Made by a program: the position numbers and the translations under genes | Assembly (NCBI GenBank): GCA_002450835.1 | Contig: DKAM01000030.1 | Location: forward strand, 1-61,687 | DNA from: Dehalococcoidia bacterium UBA6926 | Lineage (GTDB): Bacteria; Chloroflexota; Dehalococcoidia; UBA6926 | DNA: 61,687 bases | Direction: 5' to 3' | Shown: positions 29,852 to 39,202 of the stretch, piece by piece | Numbering within the stretch: position 1 is the stretch's first letter | Layout: each line of letters starts with the position of its first letter | Notes under the pieces: model-generated | What the model was told of the DNA's origin: nothing | Databases searched by the model: none | The model's input: the letters and a program-made list of their open reading frames with translations, nothing else

Positions 29852-30817
29852 ATGAAAGCTATAGAAATCACCCATAATGGGGGCCCAGACGTATTAATAT
29901 ACACTGATGTACCTACCCCTGAACTTAAACCTGGAACAGTGAGGGTTAAACTGGAATCCATTGGAGTAAATTACATGGACGTTTACACCAGGATCGGTTT
30001 ATATGGAGACAATGTGCCTATTATACCCGGTGGAGAAGGAGCAGGGATCGTAACCGAATTTGCATCAGATGTAAATGATTTTAATATAGGGGATTCAGTT
30101 GCCTACACTGGCGTGTCTTCCTCTTACGCAGAAGAAGTAGTGGCACCGGCAGACCAGCTGGTTAAACTTCCAAGCGGAATCTCTACAAATATAGGTGCAG
30201 CGACTATGCTCCAAGGGACAACAGCACACTATCTTCTTTACAGCACCTTCCCCGTGAAAGACGACGATACCATCCTTGTGCATGCTGGTGCGGGAGGTGT
30301 GGGTCTTCTTATGATTCAAATAGCGAGGATGATTGGCTGCAAAATTATAACGACGGTTTCGAATAAGGAAAAAGCTCAATTGGCGAAAAATGCTGGCGCT
30401 GATCACATTATTTTATATACCGAAACCGATTTCCTAACGGAAGTGCAAAGTATAACAAATGGCCAAGGCGTTCAAGTTGCATACGATTCTGTAGGACTAA
30501 CAACTTACGAAAAAAGCCTCGCTAGTCTTGCCCCAAGGGGTTATTTAGTTTTATTTGGTCAATCAAGCGGAGTGGTCCCCCCTATTTCACCCTTAATACT
30601 TAATAAAGGATCAAATTTCTTAACCCGGCCGGCACTTGGGCATTATCTGAAAAACAGAGAAGAGCTTAACTGGCGTACTGGAGACCTGTTTGAGTGGATT
30701 AAAAAAGATCGTCTTAGCATCAGAATTCATGAAAAGATTCCTCTCAAAGACGCTCGTAAAGCCCATGAAGACTTAGAAAGCAGAAAAACAAGCGGAAAAT
30801 TGCTTTTAATACCATAG
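29852..30817 (+). CDS. qor: NADPH:quinone oxidoreductase (zeta-crystallin/Qor, MDR family)
   Basis: GGPDVL, GVNYMD, HAGAGGVG, YDSVG, FGQSSG, LTRP, GKLLL. Confidence 0.9.
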   Translation: MKAIEITHNGGPDVLIYTDVPTPELKPGTVRVKLESIGVNYMDVYTRIGLYGDNVPIIPGGEGAGIVTEFASDVNDFNIGDSVAYTGVSSSYAEEVVAPADQLVKLPSGISTNIGAATMLQGTTAHYLLYSTFPVKDDDTILVHAGAGGVGLLMIQIARMIGCKIITTVSNKEKAQLAKNAGADHIILYTETDFLTEVQSITNGQGVQVAYDSVGLTTYEKSLASLAPRGYLVLFGQSSGVVPPISPLILNKGSNFLTRPALGHYLKNREELNWRTGDLFEWIKKDRLSIRIHEKIPLKDARKAHEDLESRKTSGKLLLIP

Positions 30818-30940
30818 CTGGTAATCTAATCAATCATCCGATTTAACATCCGTCAGAGTAAAGTAAGGAAAGTATTAATCTTAAGCGTAGTTAACCTAGC
30901 TGCAAGAAAAAACGTTTTTAATCGCGAAAAGAGGTGTCAG

Positions 30941-31801
30941 GTGGAAAATCAGTATATCCAAGTTGAAAGAAATGAAAATGGAGTTGTAACAATAACTCTA
31001 AATGCACCTGAGCAGCTAAATGCTTGGTACATACCGTTGATGGAAGAAATGACTACAGAGCTGGATTACATTAAATCGAATACAGAAGATCGAGTTGTGA
31101 TATTTACGGGAGCTGGCCGAGCCTTTTCATCAGGTGGCGACGTTTCAGCATTTCAACAGGGAGAAAATCAGCCGATACCGCACTTCATGAAAGAAAAAAA
31201 AGATCGTGCTCGAGGTGGTTGGAATGTTCCGACAATGGAATCAGAAGAACGGCTCAAGAATGAAGCTTTCAATGGGCGACGGATTCATATGCAAATATAT
31301 AATCTAGACAAACCAACGATTGCAGCAGTTAATGGTGTCGCTGCTGGAGCTGGTTGTGATTTGGCACTCGCGTGTGATATCAGACTTGCCAGTAGAGACG
31401 CTCGATTCATTGAAGTTTATGTCAGAAGAGGATTGATTCCTCTCGACGGAGGTGCTTTCTGGGCACCTTTCCATCTTCCTCACGGCATAGCGATGCAAAT
31501 GTTGTTTACAGGGGAAGCGCTAAACGCAGAAGATGCTTTCAAGTTTGGGTTAGTGAACAGCGTTCACGATAAGGAAGAGCTTATGGCCGCTTCGTTAGAA
31601 CTCGCAAACAAAATCGCAAAAGGACCACCAGTCACACAACAACTCACAAAGCACATGGTCAGAGAATTCCACTTGGAAATGTTTAAGCACCACTGGGATT
31701 TGGTAGATAAAGCGTCTGCACATATACGAGAAACACGTGATTTTGATGAGGGTATAAGTTCTTTTATGGAAAAAAGATCGCCCGAATTTAAAGGGTTCTA
31801 A
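30941..31801 (+). CDS. Enoyl-CoA hydratase/isomerase (crotonase) family
   Basis: TGAGRAFSSGGD, KPTIAAVNGVAAGAG, GLIP, EG..SF.EKR.P.FKG. Confidence 0.9.
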   Translation: MENQYIQVERNENGVVTITLNAPEQLNAWYIPLMEEMTTELDYIKSNTEDRVVIFTGAGRAFSSGGDVSAFQQGENQPIPHFMKEKKDRARGGWNVPTMESEERLKNEAFNGRRIHMQIYNLDKPTIAAVNGVAAGAGCDLALACDIRLASRDARFIEVYVRRGLIPLDGGAFWAPFHLPHGIAMQMLFTGEALNAEDAFKFGLVNSVHDKEELMAASLELANKIAKGPPVTQQLTKHMVREFHLEMFKHHWDLVDKASAHIRETRDFDEGISSFMEKRSPEFKGF

Positions 31802-31846
31802 TAGGCAAAATAGATAGTCTCTCTATATGATCCAGCAGAATTCCAT

Positions 31847-31921
31847 TGGAGCGGAAGACGGGATTCGAACCCGCGACCTTCTCCTTGGCAAGGAGATGCG
31901 CTACCGCTGCGCCACTTCCGC
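31847..31921 (-). tRNA. tRNA-Gly(GCC)
   Basis: Reverse complement GCGGAAGTGGCGCAGCGGTAGCGCA-TCTCC TT GCC AA GGAGA-...GGTTCGAATCCCGTCTTCCGCTCCA. Confidence 0.97.
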
Positions 31922-31935
31922 TTATTAGCACCGGG

Positions 31936-32008
31936 TGCCGAGGGGCAGAATCGAACTGCCGACACCGCGATTTTCAGTCGCGTGCTCTACCGACTGAGCT
32001 ACCTCGGC
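31936..32008 (-). tRNA. tRNA-Phe(GAA), CCA not encoded
   Basis: Reverse complement GCCGAGGTAGCTCAGTCGGTAGAGCA-CGCGA CT GAA AA TCGCG-...GTTCGATTCTGCCCCTCGGCA, followed by CCC. Confidence 0.96.
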
Positions 32009-32026
32009 GTACCACGGGCAGACAAC

Positions 32027-32055
32027 ATCGTACGAAGAGGTATATTTAGTGTCAA
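32027..32055 (-). promoter_or_regulatory. Putative sigma70 promoter of the tRNA-Phe/Gly pair
   Basis: TTGACA-17 nt-TACGAT on the minus strand just upstream of tRNA-Phe. Confidence 0.6.
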
Positions 32056-32145
32056 GGTTTAGCATTTATTTATTTTGGATTGATTGGCCTGCTTGCTGAA
32101 TAATATGATGAAATAGTTTACACTTCCCTTGGAATTGTTACCAAC

Positions 32146-33183
32146 ATGAGAAAAATATACATAACATCAAACCAACCAAAAGCTGGAAAAACGATACTGG
32201 CGCAAGCACTAGCAAAATTTTTTCGGTCTAAAGGTGAACAAACTGCATACTTAAAGTTGTCAACTAACACAGCATCGGGAGAGTACAGGCCGGAAGATTC
32301 TGAAGATTTGAGCTCAACCTTTTCAGAAATAATAGAGCACATCCAAGAACACAAAGCGGAAGACGGAATTGTATGCGAGCATGGTCTCGAAAACTTTACC
32401 AGTAAACTAAATGATTTAAGTGAAAAGTACGAATCTGTAATAATCGAATCAGATAATTTTTTGGATCTCGACAAACGGCTACGATCCGATAAAGACATAG
32501 CAGAAGCAATCGAAGCTAATGTAGTAAAAGTAATTTGGTATGACGAAGCATCAATGGGATACGGAGATATCACGTCTCTTCAAAATGAAGCAGCTTACTT
32601 AAAAGAGAATCTAGCAGCAGTTCTATTAAATGGGGTTCCAGCAAGTCGAACACACTACGCAAAAACCGAAATACTAAGCAAACTTACTGATAAAGGGATA
32701 CCTATTGCCCAAGTAGTCTCTCAAGACCGAAACTTGAATTCACGAAGTTTTGGGGAAATAATAGATTTTCTTAATGGAGAAGTAGTAGCATTCGAGGAGA
32801 ATTTAGACCGGCCAATCAACACGATAATGCTGGGTGCGCTCGCTTTGGACGGGGGTATATATTACTACGGGAAATACACCGAGAAAATAGTCATAACCAG
32901 ATGGGACCGACCTGACCTCCAAATGCCGGCCCTCAATACCGGATGTCAAGGATTGATACTAACAGGAGGAAACGGACCCATACCATATGTACTAAACCGT
33001 ATAAATGAACTCAAAACACCGGTAGCAATAGTTCCTAACGGCACAGTTGCAGTGGCCACTAACTTGAGCGGAGGGTTTTTCGCTGAAAAAGGTAGCCCGA
33101 ATAAGAAAAAAGCTGCTCATTTATTGGATATATTAGTAGAAGAAAACACCGATTTACTAGATAAATTCAACTTAAATCAGTAA
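32146..33183 (+). CDS. Phosphotransacetylase N-terminal-like protein (BioD-like P-loop plus DRTGG domain)
   Basis: YITS..PKAGKT, then VITRWDRPDLQ..AL....GLILTGG; no Pta catalytic domain. Confidence 0.78.
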   Translation: MRKIYITSNQPKAGKTILAQALAKFFRSKGEQTAYLKLSTNTASGEYRPEDSEDLSSTFSEIIEHIQEHKAEDGIVCEHGLENFTSKLNDLSEKYESVIIESDNFLDLDKRLRSDKDIAEAIEANVVKVIWYDEASMGYGDITSLQNEAAYLKENLAAVLLNGVPASRTHYAKTEILSKLTDKGIPIAQVVSQDRNLNSRSFGEIIDFLNGEVVAFEENLDRPINTIMLGALALDGGIYYYGKYTEKIVITRWDRPDLQMPALNTGCQGLILTGGNGPIPYVLNRINELKTPVAIVPNGTVAVATNLSGGFFAEKGSPNKKKAAHLLDILVEENTDLLDKFNLNQ

Positions 33184-33250
33184 GAAATCGCTTATGTCCT
33201 TAATAAGGCTTGAACAATTAGACTAAAGAAATATTGCAGAAGGGGTCGAT

Positions 33251-33784
33251 ATGGCAGCACCGGATCATAAGATGGGGCCTGTTTCGTCCTTCCAAGCGAT
33301 CTCAGAAGGTGCTCCAGGAAATCGCACATTCTATTTAAGTGCAACATCTTTAAGGGGATCAGCAATCATCTGGGTCGAAAAGGAACAATTAAACAGCATA
33401 ATAATGGCATTCGAAAGAATTTTTCGACTAATTGATGATCAGAACGATGAAAATGATATGGCCCCACAAAATTATGTAAACCCAGAATTTGAACCTGAAA
33501 AAAACGACCTAGATTTAGACATAAAATCAGGCAATATGTCTATTAGGTATGAGCAAAAATATTCCTTGATTGAACTTATCGTTTACGGAGAAATTCAAGA
33601 CGAATATGAAAGTCCCTTAGTAACACTTTTATTGCCCAGGAAAATCGCGGAAGATTTTGTGGAAAATGGCCTAGAAGTGTATGGGGCTGGTAGATCAAAG
33701 TGCCCATTATGTGAATCTCCCATAAACCCAGGAGAAAATCACGTATGCCCAAGAAGTAATGGGCATTCTGCTGCTTTATCTTAG
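33251..33784 (+). CDS. DUF3090-family protein with C-terminal zinc-finger-like motif
   Basis: G.PGNRTFYL, EKEQL, AGR.KCPLC..PI....HVCPRSNGH. Confidence 0.82.
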   Translation: MAAPDHKMGPVSSFQAISEGAPGNRTFYLSATSLRGSAIIWVEKEQLNSIIMAFERIFRLIDDQNDENDMAPQNYVNPEFEPEKNDLDLDIKSGNMSIRYEQKYSLIELIVYGEIQDEYESPLVTLLLPRKIAEDFVENGLEVYGAGRSKCPLCESPINPGENHVCPRSNGHSAALS

Positions 33785-33790
33785 AGAAGG

Positions 33791-34525
33791 GTGGCCGAAT
33801 TATCTATGAATTACGACGGCTCACCCAGTGAATCAATCCTCGAACACGGCGATTTTCTTGATTTAAAAGAGATATACGCTGGAACTAATAGGGTATTCGA
33901 AGTACTGGTAGGAAGCCCCAATGAAAATATACGCGCAATATATAAGCCAATGACTGGAGAAGCTCCATTGTACGATTTTCCAAACGGAACACTCTATCAG
34001 AGAGAGCAAGCATCATATTTAGTTTCAGATGTGCTGTCTTGGCATATAGTACCGCTAACTACTATCAGAGTAGGTCCATACGGTATTGGAAGCTTACAAC
34101 AGTACATAGACCATGATTCAGATGCTACCTACATCACCTTAAAGGCTGATAACATCCACAGATTCAAACAAATCGCTGTTTTTGACATAATTACGAATAA
34201 CGCGGATAGAAAAGGAAACCATTTCCTAATAGATCAAAATAGAAAAATTTGGGGGATTGATCACGGTTTAACTTTTAACGAACAATACAAACTAAGAACT
34301 GTAGTTTGGGACTTCATCGGAGATTCAATACCAAAATCAATTATTAAGGACTTAGCAAAGCTTCATGAATTAATGAACACATCTGATCAATTGTCGGCTC
34401 ATTTGGCTAAGCTAATCAACAATGAAGAAGTCGAGGCTTTTAAAGAACGAATTTCAGCGGTTGCAGAATCTAAAAATTTTCCTTTTCCAGGTTCAGGTAG
34501 AAATGTTCCTTGGCCACCGTTTTAG
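33791..34525 (+). CDS. SCO1664-family protein (PI3/PI4-kinase-like fold)
   Basis: AIYKP..GE.PLYDFP.GTL..RE, GP.G.GSLQ, NADRKGNH, GIDHGLTF, C-terminal PWPPF. Confidence 0.85.
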   Translation: MAELSMNYDGSPSESILEHGDFLDLKEIYAGTNRVFEVLVGSPNENIRAIYKPMTGEAPLYDFPNGTLYQREQASYLVSDVLSWHIVPLTTIRVGPYGIGSLQQYIDHDSDATYITLKADNIHRFKQIAVFDIITNNADRKGNHFLIDQNRKIWGIDHGLTFNEQYKLRTVVWDFIGDSIPKSIIKDLAKLHELMNTSDQLSAHLAKLINNEEVEAFKERISAVAESKNFPFPGSGRNVPWPPF

Positions 34526-34535
34526 TTAACCCTCA

Positions 34536-35444
34536 TTATCTAATATTACCACGCAAATCTTTTAACCACCTTATAAACCTAAATAGCAACCTAGGTCTGC
34601 GAACAAGTCTTCGGGATACATATTCGGTAACAAATTGGTCCCCTGCAAGTACAGTTCCACGCCAATCATAAAGCTCTTGTAATTTTCCATCTTTCGGTGC
34701 AAAAGACGTGAATGCTGTCCAACCACGCGTGTTTTCCACTCGCACTTTGACATCACCTCCTGCCTCTTTCACCAACAATACTCCAGCAGCAACATCCCAT
34801 ATCTTAGGGCTATAAAACAAAGAGATTTGCATTGAGCCTCTAGCGGTTAGAGCCAATTCATATACCACGCTGCCCAAAGAGCGTATTTCTCCGATTTTTC
34901 TCCTTAATTTATTACGAAATCCAAACATCGCCCAATAATAAGATGGTAAGCCAGTTAGCCTACCTCTCTGAGGTAATTCACTTCCCGTCAATTTAAGGGG
35001 GCGGTCATTCTCATAAGCACCATTCCCGATTCTGGCTCGAATTATAGATCCTTGATTTCTCCAAGGTAAAAAAATAACGGCAACAACCGGAACGCCTCTG
35101 AATAGTACTCCTATTGAGCACGCGAAGATTGGCAAGCCATTTACAAAGTTATTAGTGCCATCTAAAGGGTCTATTATCCAAACATAATCAGCAGAATCAT
35201 CATCGGTATTATCGAATTCTTCCCCTACAATACCGTGATCAGGAAAAATTTGAAGTATACCTTTCCGAATATGCTGTTCTATATTTTTGTCGGCCTTAGT
35301 TACCGGATCTCTTCTGTCTTGAGATTTATACTCTATATCTAGATCCGTTCCAAAATACTCTATTAGCATAGCTCCTGCTTCTTTCGCAAATTGAACTGCT
35401 GATGCTTCAATAGATTCCAAATAAAGCTGATCGATGTCTTGCAT
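34536..35444 (-). CDS. Inositol monophosphatase family (SuhB-like)
   Basis: DPVTKAD, GEE, WIIDPLDGTNNF, WDVAAG; start ATG 35444 after SD GAGGG. Confidence 0.9.
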   Translation of the reverse strand: MQDIDQLYLESIEASAVQFAKEAGAMLIEYFGTDLDIEYKSQDRRDPVTKADKNIEQHIRKGILQIFPDHGIVGEEFDNTDDDSADYVWIIDPLDGTNNFVNGLPIFACSIGVLFRGVPVVAVIFLPWRNQGSIIRARIGNGAYENDRPLKLTGSELPQRGRLTGLPSYYWAMFGFRNKLRRKIGEIRSLGSVVYELALTARGSMQISLFYSPKIWDVAAGVLLVKEAGGDVKVRVENTRGWTAFTSFAPKDGKLQELYDWRGTVLAGDQFVTEYVSRRLVRRPRLLFRFIRWLKDLRGNIR

Positions 35445-35602
35445 AGTTACCCTCAATAAGCACACTCTATATATATAAAACATAGTTGGTCAATAAATTC
35501 CTAAAGTGCCCAATACCCTCACCGTCATAAAATTGCCTATATAGCTTGGATGCGGTTAAGATAGGTTGAGATCATTATTTGATCAATTATGAGGAGGTAG
35601 TT

Positions 35603-36442
35603 ATGAGTGAACGAGCGAGAGTGGGAAATGTTGAGATAATGGCGTTTGTAGACATAGGGCCAAATAGCCGACAAACCAGTCAAGTATTTCCAGATGTACC
35701 AACAGAAAAATGGAACGAGTACAAACATACTCTAAACGAGGATGGTGATCTACCATTTCAAATGGGCTTCTTCGCCCTTAGAGTTGACGGGAAAACCATC
35801 ATTGTGGATACAGGACTAGGAAAGGGACCCCACGAAGCAATGGGTGGGATTTCAGGACAGGCGCTAAATAATTTAGAGAAATCTGGGATTGCTGCCACAG
35901 ACGTAGATTCTGTTCTCATTACACATTTGCATGGAGATCATGTCGGATGGAACATAACACGTGATGGCGATGAGATAAGACCAACTTTTCCTAATGCCAA
36001 ATATTTTGTTCCAAAAGGCGACTGGGAGCACTTTAATCAGGCAGATGTACTACCAAATTCACCACATATGCCAGCGAGCGTACTGCCTTTACAGGACTTA
36101 GGAGTGCTGGAAATAGTTGATGATAATTTTTCTCTAACGCCTGAAATAACTACTCTTGGCACCCCAGGACATACACCGGGACACCAAAGTACTCTTATTA
36201 CTTCTGGTGGAGAAAAAGCCTTAATTGCCGGTGATGCTTTTCATACTGTCGCTCAGCTACAGGAAACTGACTGGAATGTGGGTTTTGACGTGGATAAACC
36301 TTTAGCAGCAAAGACGAGGGGTGCCTTAATGGACCGATTGGAATCAGAAGGCTTTACTGTTGCAGCCGGTCATATGGTTTTAGGGAGCAATATAGGAAAA
36401 GTCATTCGACTGGACGGAAAAAGATCTTGGCAAGTACTTTAA
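35603..36442 (+). CDS. Metallo-beta-lactamase fold hydrolase (YtnP/AHL-lactonase-like)
   Basis: VDTG, THLHGDHVG, FPNA, PGHTPGH, AGD; SD GAGGAGG. Confidence 0.88.
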   Translation: MSERARVGNVEIMAFVDIGPNSRQTSQVFPDVPTEKWNEYKHTLNEDGDLPFQMGFFALRVDGKTIIVDTGLGKGPHEAMGGISGQALNNLEKSGIAATDVDSVLITHLHGDHVGWNITRDGDEIRPTFPNAKYFVPKGDWEHFNQADVLPNSPHMPASVLPLQDLGVLEIVDDNFSLTPEITTLGTPGHTPGHQSTLITSGGEKALIAGDAFHTVAQLQETDWNVGFDVDKPLAAKTRGALMDRLESEGFTVAAGHMVLGSNIGKVIRLDGKRSWQVL

Positions 36443-36509
36443 ACTAATTGCAATAATATAAGGAAAAGAAGGTAAGAAATTCGTTACAGCATAGTTAAAA
36501 TCAAAAAAG

Positions 36510-36582
36510 CTCCGCGGGTAGGACTCGAACCTACGACTAATCGGTTAACAGCCGACCGCTCTACCAACTGAGCTACCGCGGA
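36510..36582 (-). tRNA. tRNA-Asn(GTT), CCA not encoded
   Basis: Reverse complement TCCGCGGTAGCTCAGTTGGTAGAGCG-GTCGG CT GTT AA CCGAT-...GGTTCGAGTCCTACCCGCGGAG. Confidence 0.96.
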
Positions 36583-36626
36583 ATGAGGTGTTTTATAAGC
36601 TTAAACGTGTCCAGCTTACAGACATG

Positions 36627-36655
36627 ATTATAAGGTGACTCGAATGCTCTCTCAA
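36627..36655 (-). promoter_or_regulatory. Putative sigma70 promoter of tRNA-Asn
   Basis: TTGAGA-17 nt-TATAAT on the minus strand. Confidence 0.6.
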
Positions 36656-36710
36656 GCGAACCTTGATGATTAATTAGTTTTATTTGCAGATTTATAGGTG
36701 GTGACGTTAA

Positions 36711-37508
36711 ATGAATTTAGGTTTTATAGGCGGAGGTCAGATGGCAGAAGCCATAATTGACGCCATCACAGCTAACCAATTTATAAATGCGGGCGACGTG
36801 ATTGTTGGTGATGTTTCAGAAGAAAGAAGAACTTACCTCAATGAAAATTTTTCTGTCATAACTACACCAAGTAATCTAGAGGTCGCTGAAAAATCCGATC
36901 TTGTGTTACTAGCAATAAAGCCTCAGGATGTTCCAGCAGCAGCAAAGGAAATTGCCGGATCGCTGAAACCTTCGTGCACGTTGGTGTCGATAGTTGCAGG
37001 AACTACTCTAAATACATTACAAGATTTATTCCAACATGATGTAATCGTTCGAGTGATGCCGAACACACCTGCTCAAGTTAGAATGGGAATGAGCGTCTGG
37101 ATGCCTACCAAAAATGTTTCAGCTAGCGAAAAAACAGTTGTTATAAAACTGTTACAATGCCTCGGAAAAGAAATGGAAGTCGAAGACGAATCAGGGTTGG
37201 ATATGGCGACTGCGATAAGTGGCAGCGGCCCAGCGTATTTCCTACTGTTTCTTGAACATTTAATAGAAGCAGGGAAAAAGATTGGGTTAACGGAATCTCA
37301 AGCGGCCTTACTAGCCAAGCAAACTTTATTTGGCACTTCACATCTAATCGATTTATCAGATTTTAGCCCCACTCAATTAAGAGAAAAGGTGACATCCCCT
37401 GGAGGAACAACCGAGCAAGCAATCAATAAGTTTAACGATTTGAACCTTTCTAGTATAGTTGAAGCTGCCGTGAAAGCGGCTTTCGAGAAATCAAAAGGCT
37501 TAGGATAA
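36711..37508 (+). CDS. proC: Pyrroline-5-carboxylate reductase
   Basis: GFIGGGQMA, AIKPQ, RVMPNTP, SGSGPAY, VTSPGGTT. Confidence 0.96.
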   Translation: MNLGFIGGGQMAEAIIDAITANQFINAGDVIVGDVSEERRTYLNENFSVITTPSNLEVAEKSDLVLLAIKPQDVPAAAKEIAGSLKPSCTLVSIVAGTTLNTLQDLFQHDVIVRVMPNTPAQVRMGMSVWMPTKNVSASEKTVVIKLLQCLGKEMEVEDESGLDMATAISGSGPAYFLLFLEHLIEAGKKIGLTESQAALLAKQTLFGTSHLIDLSDFSPTQLREKVTSPGGTTEQAINKFNDLNLSSIVEAAVKAAFEKSKGLG

Positions 37509-37518
37509 AACAAAGTAA

Positions 37519-37776
37519 ATGATACAAATAATCAAATCATTCATTATTATCATTACGGATGTTTTATCGCTAGCAATATTTCTACGGGCACTGGTTTCTT
37601 TTTTGCCCATTCAGACGCCAAATAATTCTATTATTGTATTGATATATCAAGTTAGCGAACCAGTTCTTTCCTTAATTAGGCCGATAATACCAAGAACCGG
37701 TATGATTGATATAACCCCAATGGTTGCCATAATCGTATTGCAGGTTATCCAATCCGTCATATTTCGGATCGGATAA
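37519..37776 (+). CDS. yggT: YggT family membrane protein
   Basis: EPVL..IR.IIP..G.IDITPMVA; usual position after proC. Confidence 0.88.
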   Translation: MIQIIKSFIIIITDVLSLAIFLRALVSFLPIQTPNNSIIVLIYQVSEPVLSLIRPIIPRTGMIDITPMVAIIVLQVIQSVIFRIG

Positions 37777-37834
37777 TCATATACCATTATCAATATCCGT
37801 CGATTTCGAAAATACATATAAGTGAGGAGATATT

Positions 37835-39106
37835 TTGAGTAGCGAGAGTATGAGCAAAAATCTTTGGAATAGATATGTATCCGCCCTAAAACACAACGAT
37901 TTTCGGCGCTATTGGTATGGGGCATCCATTGCTGCATGCGGTGTGTGGGGGCTTATTGTTGCTAGAGGTGCATTGGCATACGAGATATCAGATCAATCCT
38001 CTACGGCAGTAGGCTTGACTACATTTGCAGCGCTGATACCTTTCGTGATCGTGCCTCCTTTCAGTGGGATCATAGCTGATAGGTTTGATCGGAAAAAATT
38101 AGTGGCAATAGGTCATGGTTCAAACATCATTTTCGCTTTTATCCTGGCAATAATATATTTCTTCTCAACTACCGAAATTTGGCACCTAGTTGCTCTTAGT
38201 CTTTTCAGCGGTATAGCCCGAGGGTTCCAGCTGCCAGCACAAATAGCTCTCGTCCCCAATTTGGTTCCTAAAGAAGATCTGTTAAACGCAATTGCATTAA
38301 ACGCGTTATCTTTACAGGGATCAAGGTTTTTTGGTTCCATCTTAGTAACTGGCGTGATGCTCACAGAATGGGGAATTGGCGCTGCATTTGTGGTAGCAGT
38401 AGTCCTTTACACAATTGCGATGCTACTAACTTTATCTTTAAAAACAGAATCTCGAGGAATTGTTGATAGTCGTGCTTCCGCATGGGAAATAATTTCTGCA
38501 GGAATAGTTTATGCCTACAAAAATCCTGGAGTGGGACTAATGCTGGTGCTTATTGGGTTACATTGTAGTTTCACGATGTCATTTGAATCAGTATTTCCAT
38601 CCCACGTTACGACCAATTTTGATGTAGGGCTATCTGGTTTTTCAAGTATTATTTCTTTCTTCGGCGCGGGTGCAGTGGTAGGTGTGATTAGTATAGCAGC
38701 CATTAGGAGTGACGTTACAAAAGGAAGAGTTCTTATGCTAACAGGCCTGGGAAGCTCTAGTGGTGTGGTTTTGATGGCTTTATCTCCATCTTTAATGTAT
38801 GGTCTTGCGGCTGCTTTTTTGATGGGGCTTACACAAGCTCCCTTTATGTCTCTAACCATGACATACCTACAAAGTGTAGTACCAGATGACATCAGAGGAC
38901 GAGTTGGAGGCCTGTTCACACTCAGCGCATTAAGCCTCATGGCCATATCAAATCTTATATTAGGAAGTCTATCAGATGTTTACGGATCACAAATAGTCCT
39001 TATGATTCCAGGTATTATATTTCTTGGAATAATTACATTAGTAATCCTGTTTGTTCCGATAATGAATAGAATATTCTTTCAAGGGTTCCCAAAATTACCT
39101 GCGTAA
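37835..39106 (+). CDS. MFS transporter (DHA3/EntS-like)
   Basis: About 12 TM segments; motif A GIIADRFDRK; LLNAIALN; RGRV. Confidence 0.88.
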   Translation: MSSESMSKNLWNRYVSALKHNDFRRYWYGASIAACGVWGLIVARGALAYEISDQSSTAVGLTTFAALIPFVIVPPFSGIIADRFDRKKLVAIGHGSNIIFAFILAIIYFFSTTEIWHLVALSLFSGIARGFQLPAQIALVPNLVPKEDLLNAIALNALSLQGSRFFGSILVTGVMLTEWGIGAAFVVAVVLYTIAMLLTLSLKTESRGIVDSRASAWEIISAGIVYAYKNPGVGLMLVLIGLHCSFTMSFESVFPSHVTTNFDVGLSGFSSIISFFGAGAVVGVISIAAIRSDVTKGRVLMLTGLGSSSGVVLMALSPSLMYGLAAAFLMGLTQAPFMSLTMTYLQSVVPDDIRGRVGGLFTLSALSLMAISNLILGSLSDVYGSQIVLMIPGIIFLGIITLVILFVPIMNRIFFQGFPKLPA

Positions 39107-39202
39107 GATCACACACTGGAAACCAGATTACAATGTGCCGATAATATTAAAATGTTAGTATGATTTATAGATAAGATAGAAAGTAAAATATAAGAGGTGT
39201 AG

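Noticed and set aside
31846-32049. 67-aa ORF MERKTGFEPATFSLARR
   Set aside because: Translation of the reverse complement of tRNA-Gly and tRNA-Phe
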